Source of the DNA: a virus
Virus record (IMG/VR): IMGVR_UViG_3300009184_000038
Span: 10,546-74,545 of that record
Length of the DNA: 64,000 nucleotides
Strand: one strand, 5' to 3'
Below are positions 61,303 to 64,000 of this stretch, piece by piece (position 1 is the first letter of the stretch; the number at the start of each line of letters is the position of its first letter). Both the position numbers and the translations under genes were made by a program. The notes below the pieces were generated by a model. That model was not told the DNA's origin. It was given only the letters and a program-made list of their open reading frames with translations, and did no database searches.

Positions 61303-62655
61303 TCACGAGGCCGCGGTCTTGAGGGCAATCACAGGGCCAGCGGTCGTGTTGTCGCCCAGCGAGTGGTGGTTAATGTCGAAGCGAAGTGAGCCCTGGAGAA
61401 GGAGCTGGTCGGTCGTTGCGTACACTTGGTCGTACAGCTTGACCGAGAAGTCCCGGCGACGAGCGTAGATGCTCGACAGGCCCAGGTTCGCGAACAGCAC
61501 CTTCACCTTGCTCGGATCGGAACCGAGCTGGCCGTCCATGACGTGGACGAGGTTCACCGGGTAGCCGAGGAACTGCTCGTTCACGCCGCCACCGACGGAC
61601 TCCACCGTGTTGCCGCCAGCCGCGTAGCGGAGGCGAGCCATCGAGGCCGCGAAGCCGGCCGGCGAGATGTAGAACGCTGCACCCTGGCGAGCATACAGCG
61701 GCATCTTGCCGATGAGCTTGATGAAGTCGGTGACGGTCAGGCTTTCAAAGCCCGTTGCACCCGTGCCGGCGGTCTGGACGGACGCGGTGTGCGTGCCGTC
61801 GTTGATCTTCGGCACCACGCCGTGGATTCCGCCGAAGCTGGAGGTGCCGTCACCGAGCCAGCCGCACATATCCTGCTTGAGCGCCAGCGAGGTGCTGAAC
61901 TCAAGCGCCACTGCGTCAGCGATCGACACGAGAGCGTCTTCGACGATCTCGCTCGACATCCGAGTTCCGACGGCCAGCTTCTTCGCGATGAGCTGCACGT
62001 TCGCGTAGGTCGGCTCGCTCTCGCTCACCGCGGTGCCTTCGCCCACAAAGTAGGCCGAAGTGCCAGTAACCCGCTTGGGGATCACGAGGGTGTCGCGGGT
62101 CATCGTGACCTTCTCGACGTTGCTCGCCGCGAAGGTGCCGTAGTTTTCGACGAGACGAATCACGCGGGCCGCAAACTCTTCCGGCACCAGAGCGCCACCA
62201 GACGAGTTGCTGTTCTCGCCCATCGCACGGCTCTCGACGCCGTGATCCTTGCACCAGCGGAGGTCGTCGGCGTTCTTGAAGATATGGGCTCGGAGCCAGC
62301 GACCGCAGCGATAGGCACTCTCGACAGCCTCGGGGCCGTCATTGAACGCCCGCAGGGTGGTGTGGTGAGGCTGGATCGAACGAATCTCGACCTTCTTATC
62401 CTCGACCTTGGCGGCCACTTCGGCGACGGGGGCCGGGGCGGGAGCGGCCTTCTCGACCACCGCACGCAGCTCGGCTTCCTTGGCGGCGATCCGCTCCTCG
62501 AAGTCGAGGGAGGTCTTCAGGTCGTCGGCCTGATTGCCGAGCGAGACGAGTTCCTTGGTCTGTTCGGCCGAGCGATCCTCGATACCGCCCAGTTCGGTCA
62601 TCCGAGCGGCCACTGCCGCTGCACGTTCCTGGAGACGCTTGAGATTGGACGCCAT
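61303..62655 (-). CDS. HK97-fold major capsid protein with N-terminal delta-like coiled coil
   Basis: GGALVPEE, FVGEG, L.AKKL, GDGT, LGYPV; TAAGGAG RBS. Confidence 0.95.
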   Translation of the reverse strand: MASNLKRLQERAAAVAARMTELGGIEDRSAEQTKELVSLGNQADDLKTSLDFEERIAAKEAELRAVVEKAAPAPAPVAEVAAKVEDKKVEIRSIQPHHTTLRAFNDGPEAVESAYRCGRWLRAHIFKNADDLRWCKDHGVESRAMGENSNSSGGALVPEEFAARVIRLVENYGTFAASNVEKVTMTRDTLVIPKRVTGTSAYFVGEGTAVSESEPTYANVQLIAKKLAVGTRMSSEIVEDALVSIADAVALEFSTSLALKQDMCGWLGDGTSSFGGIHGVVPKINDGTHTASVQTAGTGATGFESLTVTDFIKLIGKMPLYARQGAAFYISPAGFAASMARLRYAAGGNTVESVGGGVNEQFLGYPVNLVHVMDGQLGSDPSKVKVLFANLGLSSIYARRRDFSVKLYDQVYATTDQLLLQGSLRFDINHHSLGDNTTAGPVIALKTAAS

Positions 62656-62807
62656 GATTTGCCTGCTCCTTAGTTTTGAGCCGGCCAATCGCGGTGTGCG
62701 GCGGCCGGCGGGTGTACCCGCTAGCGCGCCGCGCTCCCGAATCCTCGAGACGCTCGCACTGCCCCCCACGACATCCGTCGCGGGGCAATGTGTCTACCTG
62801 TAGACTA

Positions 62808-63998
62808 TCAACCCTTTGGAATGCTGTGCAACTGAGTGCGCAGAATTGTCGCCTTCAAGTTGGCGAGCTTCACTGCGATCTCTTCTGCTTGCTTCGCTGC
62901 CCGCACGTCCTCGGCAGCCTTCTCATCAACAGCCGGAGCCGGCTCGGGCTTCTTTTCTTCGCTCATACGCTCCTCGGGGATGATCCACAGTTTGCAAACC
63001 GCATCGGCAGCGATCTCGCCCTGCACGATGTAGCATCTGCCTTCCTCGCTCTCGAAGAAGACGCAGTTGCTGCACTTCTTGCCGCTCTCGGCGAACGGAT
63101 TCTCCGTCATGTAGTGGGCGTCGTTCTGCGAGAACTGACCGTACTCTTCGGCGATCGCCTCATAGGACTCAGCCAGGGCGAGATTCGCGGGCGAGAGCAT
63201 GGATTCGTACTCCTCGCCTTCGACGATGTCTCGCTCGCCAGCGGCTCGCTCCATCTGCGAGACCTTGGCCTCACTGAACCGCCACGCCGCATCTCCACCC
63301 CAAAGTTGCCACGCTGTGTAACCTGGGGCCTCAGCGCCGGCCTTGCTCCAGCCGGGTCGCTTGTCCACCTTGTGGCGACGGAACCACGCCCGCATCTCGC
63401 GAACGTGCTCGGGGGTCAGTTCCTCGCGGGCGGCGATCTTGCCGGCACGGGCAACAGTCTCCGGCTTGAGCCCGTCGCCCGATCGGCCAGCCTCGTGCAG
63501 GGCGAGGCCACGCTTCGCGGCGGCGGCCATGCCCGCGGTGGGCGTCAGGTTCACGTCGGAAGCGGCTCGCTCCTCGGCGGGAGCGTCGGCGACCGGGCTT
63601 TCAATCGCAGAGTCCACCGAAGGTGCTGCTTCTGGCTGCGCGGAAGCAGCACGCCGATCCACCCACTTCTGACCAGCGTCACCACCCGCCAGTTGCCACT
63701 CAATCCAGGCCGGCGTGCCCGACCAGCCCGTCGCTTTCGCCGCCAAACAGCGTTCGTAGACCTCGGCGAGGTACAAAACCTCTTCGACAGACACGATTTC
63801 GCGGTTCGCGAGCCTCTCGGCAACGCACAAGAGGCGAGAATCGACGTTTTCTGACCGCTGTGCCAGCTTCAGGCCGCGTTTCGCCGCGTTCGCCATCGTC
63901 TGGATGGGCCGGTGGCTCTCGCCGAGAGCCATTTCGATGGCTCGGCGGCTCACAACCACGCTGGAAGTGTCGTAAGCGGGCCGAACGACAGGCCCGAC
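62808..63998 (-). CDS. HK97-type prohead protease, 5' truncated by the window edge, with long multi-domain C-terminal extension
   Basis: Frame open to the window end reading VGPVVRPAYDTSSV (protease motif); upstream of the MCP. Confidence 0.82.
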   Translation of the reverse strand, partial: VGPVVRPAYDTSSVVVSRRAIEMALGESHRPIQTMANAAKRGLKLAQRSENVDSRLLCVAERLANREIVSVEEVLYLAEVYERCLAAKATGWSGTPAWIEWQLAGGDAGQKWVDRRAASAQPEAAPSVDSAIESPVADAPAEERAASDVNLTPTAGMAAAAKRGLALHEAGRSGDGLKPETVARAGKIAAREELTPEHVREMRAWFRRHKVDKRPGWSKAGAEAPGYTAWQLWGGDAAWRFSEAKVSQMERAAGERDIVEGEEYESMLSPANLALAESYEAIAEEYGQFSQNDAHYMTENPFAESGKKCSNCVFFESEEGRCYIVQGEIAADAVCKLWIIPEERMSEEKKPEPAPAVDEKAAEDVRAAKQAEEIAVKLANLKATILRTQLHSIPKG

Positions 63999-64000
63999 AT

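Larger units (their letters stand above)
1..64000. mobile_element. Segment of a siphovirus-like, probably temperate, bacteriophage genome; continues beyond both window edges
   Basis: Head, neck, tail, tape measure, integrase and replication genes in typical phage order; dense ATGA/TAATG gene coupling; no host core genes; terminase and portal not in window. Confidence 0.97.

Noticed and set aside
1-64000. tRNA genes, introns/inteins, alternative genetic code
   Set aside because: No cloverleaf with a T-loop seen in the few gaps; core genes are intact and of normal length in the standard code. By-eye check only; tRNAscan-SE was not run

Overview
The whole 64 kb window is one GC-rich tailed-phage genome segment (HK97-type head, long non-contractile tail, probably temperate), with no host housekeeping genes. 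Almost all genes are on the minus strand. Read right to left they are: a truncated prohead protease fusion; major capsid, decoration and glycosyltransferase genes; the neck; two short tail-tube-like genes; a G/GT chaperone with a -1 slippery site; the tape measure; Cys-rich tail-tip genes; a phosphoesterase/dCMP deaminase/dNMP kinase insert; a ~15 kb block of fibre/adhesin genes including a 2972-aa Ig/propeller/RCC1 protein; a plus-strand tyrosine integrase; replication genes (SNF2 helicase, SSB-like, primase-polymerase, UvrD); CsrA, HNH, a very large C5 DNA methyltransferase, PhoH and GNAT; an array of small modular accessory genes; a methyltransferase plus two glycosyltransferases; and a membrane protein/papain-like protease/lipoprotein cassette ending in an HNH gene. 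A plus-strand block of small genes fills 1-3483. Protein motifs suggest a Planctomycetota host (inference only). The most notable observations are: (1) a methyltransferase with a nested out-of-frame gene, ~13 TRD-like modules and a G10 slippage tract; (2) a mix-and-match gene array sharing a C-terminal LTDEER...TLRSLLERLK module; (3) a phage CsrA together with GGA-loop hairpins at phage translation starts; (4) a prohead protease fused to a HiPIP-like Cys motif; (5) a probable virion-glycosylation set; (6) a protease-centred cassette where an endolysin would normally be; and (7) a recurring intergenic operator-like palindrome. All family calls are from motif recognition by eye; no database searches were run.
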